From contig NC_079168.1 in NCBI RefSeq assembly GCF_947568905.1, positions 83,266,001 to 83,330,000 of the forward strand: a DNA stretch of 64,000 bases, given 5' to 3'. The notes beneath the pieces are model-generated. The model ran no database searches, was not told where the DNA came from, and was given only the letters and a program-made list of their open reading frames with translations. Shown piece after piece: positions 60,877-64,000 of the stretch (positions are counted from its first letter, which is position 1; the number at the start of each line of letters is the position of its first letter). Source of the stretch: Ostrea edulis. Its lineage: Eukaryota. A program made the translations under genes and the position numbers.

Positions 60877-61439
60877 ACCGTTTTGTTCCTTTTGACCTTT
60901 AAAACGCTTTGGATCTTCAGAGCGTTTGGGATCTTTAGACTGTATATATTAGAACGTTCTGGATCTTTATGACGCTTTAGATCTGTAGACTGTTTTGTTT
61001 CTCTGTTGGCTTTGGATTTTTAAATTGCTTTGCATCCTCAGGACGTTTTGGATCTTACACCGTTTACATCTAGAACGCCTCAAATGGATCTTTAGGACGT
61101 TTTGCTTCTTTGGATTCTTACTTACATTATATACCTTGTTAAAAGTACAATGCCTTTCTTGTCGTGTTATCCAGAGATATTGCAGCTGCTTTAGTGCGAT
61201 ATTTTGTCTGAGCCATCTCTGGCTCTTCACAACCTAACAGGGAATACTCCAGAGAAGTTTATAATGGGACTTGAAATAGCTTAGGAATTTTTTTTTGCAA
61301 GGAGCAGAAGACTTTTTGGAAGTTCGGAAGCATGTTTATTTTGCTGTTGATTTCGAATGTTAGGTGGAAATGATGTGTTCAGAGACAATTGTTATTAATT
61401 GTTGACAGTATAAGTCTTTATCGGCTGCTGTGCATGATT

Positions 61440-63551
61440 TAGCTGCAGAACTGTAGCTCTCTGGGTCCGGGGAAAATTGGGACAAACGAGACCCATACCT
61501 CATCAAAACCTTCGATTTACGGCGCAACTTTTTCTGCGCACGATTCGGGTCCTTTAAGATGGCTGCCTAAAAGAATTTGCGATCGAAAAATTCCTTACAT
61601 ATTTATGCCCCCCCTCTCCTTCAAAGAAGAGGGGCATATTGCTTTGCACCTGTCGGTCGGTCGGTAGACCATATGTCCACTCATTATCTTGAGAACCATT
61701 CACTTCATCGTAATGATATTCATATGTGGGTTGGTTACGAGTAGAAGAGAACCCCTATTGATTTTCAAGTCGAAAGGTCAAGGGTCAATCTACTCTGGGC
61801 ATAGGAAGACACTGTCCACTCAATATCTTGAGAACTCTTTGCTTGACAGACATCAAACTTGGTACAAAAGTACATCCTAAGGAGTAGATGACTCCTATTG
61901 ATTTTGAGGTCACATGGTCAAACTGGACATACGAATATACTGACCACTCAATATCTAGAGAATCTTTTGCTTTGCTTGACAGACATCAAACTTGGTACAC
62001 TGGTACATCTTAAGGAGTAGATGACCCCCATTATTGTTGAAGTCACCTGGTGAAAGCTCAAGGGTTAAACTGGACAAAGTAATATATTTTCTCGTATATT
62101 TTAAGAATCATTTGCTTGATTGACACCAAACTTGGTACACTGGTACAGTATTTTATAAGGAGTAGATGACCCCTATTGATTTTTAGGTCACATGGTCAAT
62201 CCACTCTGGACATACGAAGATATTGTCTGCTCAATATTTTGAAATGGTTTGGCACTACTATCATTTAAATTATGCATGTGTATAACCCTTTTTAATTTTT
62301 CACCGGGGGGGGGGGGGGGGGCATACATGTTTTACAAACATTTCGTGTTTACTATTACGTTTGTGTGAGAACATACCTTCAAACATGTATTTAAGGTATT
62401 CCATGTATAATGAAAGGATAATGAACAATTTTGAAGGATTTAGATCAACATAAAAGTTTATTGTTAAATAATGATGAAAGTGAAGCAGATGAAATTCACA
62501 TGACTGGTAAATGATCAGAAGCTGACCTTTTTCCACTTAAGACTTTTTGGAAGAGTTGTCTGCCCTTTGTAAAAATAAGAAAAATCTAATTTTCTAAAAA
62601 TGTGTGTGGTCAATGATTAATTTTATTTCATATTTTCTTAAAAAGAAAGTGTATATAACTTTCTACCAAGGGATTATTATGAAAATATAATTTGTTTTTA
62701 AAAATATTGTAATAAAACATGGTTTTCCATATACTTCAATGTTAAATTCTAGGTGAAATAAATCAAGCAGTAAACAAAATTTTGAAAATTCCTGTGATGG
62801 ATTATGTTTATTTGATGAACCCTTCAAAATGATACCATGATTACAAATATTCCACCATCCATTTATGAGATATGAAATATGGTCATTATACATTGAATAC
62901 CTTAAGTGAACCAAAATCTCCAAGTTTCAATACATTTTGCTTCTTGACGTAGACACGTTAGGTTGTCTTATGTTACTAAATTTCAATACCGTCGTTTTAT
63001 ATTCACAAATAATTCTGTACAAATATTTTTGATGAAAAAATTCAAGGTCGGTTTACCGCAGGTTTGGATATTGTATTAGATTGACTGCTCTCATTGCGAT
63101 ACATTTTAACACTAAAAATATTTATTTCACGTCTAGAGGAGCTGTATTTTTCATTTTATATAATCAATGATGTTTATGACAACATAAAGCTTAAAAAAAA
63201 GACATAGGTTCAGAAATGCAAATTAGCATTGTAACTAACGGCCAGCATCCTCACATAGCTGCGTAAAAATGCGAACTTTACTGAAGCTAGAAGTTTTCAG
63301 TTCTAACGAGGCTTTGAAAGCTGTTTGAAAGTATATCTTGACAAAATTTGTGTAGAGCAATGTATTAGGGAGAATTCGACACTAAAACTTTGCGGGAGGG
63401 GGGGGGGGGGGGTTGTTAAAAATACAGAGCTTCAAGACCTGAGAAATGCGCAGAAAAAGCCTTGCCGTAAATTGAAGGTTTTTATAAAGGGTGGGCCTGT
63501 GGCTCTCTGGTCTGTCCCAATTTTCCCCGGAGAGCTACGGGTCTGCAGCTG
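61440..63551. mobile_element. DNA element with about 40-bp TIRs, hosting a HINE-like insertion
   Basis: agctgcagaactgtagctctc..cggggaaaattgggaca (61441) is mirrored by tgtcccaattttccccggagagctacgggtctgcagctg|ta (63511-63551). Confidence 0.65.
61602..62350 (+). mobile_element. Helentron-associated non-autonomous element (HINE/DINE-like)
   Basis: Starts tttatgcccccc, followed by a (gtcg)n microsatellite and about four 130-145-bp internal tandem units (aaacttggtacac, ttttgaggtcacatggtca). It has an inverted ggggggcata near the 3' end and T-rich termini. Confidence 0.75.
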
Positions 63552-64000
63552 TACAAGTGCACATAATATTGTTTCTCTTTCGTCTGTAGTGCCTCATGGT
63601 GTTGTTCAGCGTCATATAAAACTTATAACTTCCTTGTTTCAGGTGAATGGTTACCAGCATTGTATGATAATAGTTCTATTTATAGTTTCATATTTCATTT
63701 TGTTGCCTTCACTGATGATGTCGTACAAATCAATAATTTGTTTTAAAAACAAACTCCAATAAATCCTGATCTTGAGATACAATTTAATTATTCAGAATGC
63801 TTCTCCAATACGCAACCTCCGAGATATCAGCTCTTCTGTGATGGAGGTACGTTCAGTGTTCTGTTGAACGCTTGAGTGGGTACAAGATGTATACATATAC
63901 TATAGACTAGCTATGTAAATACGGATAAAAGTAATGAAAGTGTAAATTTTGTTTATATCAGCCGTTGGTATACATTAAACTGACCATATAAAGAACAATA

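Overview
AT-rich animal genomic DNA with spliced genes and one 213-N gap (44694-44906). The repeat families look like bivalve, probably oyster, repeats (inference from recognition, not a search). Four protein-coding genes can be assembled by hand. (1) The 5' part of an unconventional myosin on the - strand: 4 exons, 16175 down to 7792, ending at the P-loop GESGAGK and continuing past the left edge. (2) A ZNF318-like matrin-type zinc-finger gene on +, 7 coding exons, 23001-34607. (3) An ankyrin-repeat/SOCS-box (ASB-like) gene on -, 45403 down to 38305. (4) An uncharacterised basic 233-aa ORF on + (60175-60876) with a candidate TATA/Inr first exon at 53599-53641. The rest is satellites, SINEs, Penelope-like (Naiad-type) RT fragments, a dead LINE and many MITEs. 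Most notable observations: a four-deep nested transposon stack with three intact TSD pairs of 5, 9 and 3 bp; an LTR that contains a complete tRNA cloverleaf and is followed by a PBS; several repeats seeded on gene-structure signals (an array of an exon-end/5' splice site, about 57 tandem GTGAGT donor motifs, an exact copy of a putative first exon, a repeat of a stop-codon context); and a SINE family with a fixed 5' end but no Pol III boxes. Gene models and folds were done by eye and no database searches were run. No CRISPR or prokaryotic system is present.
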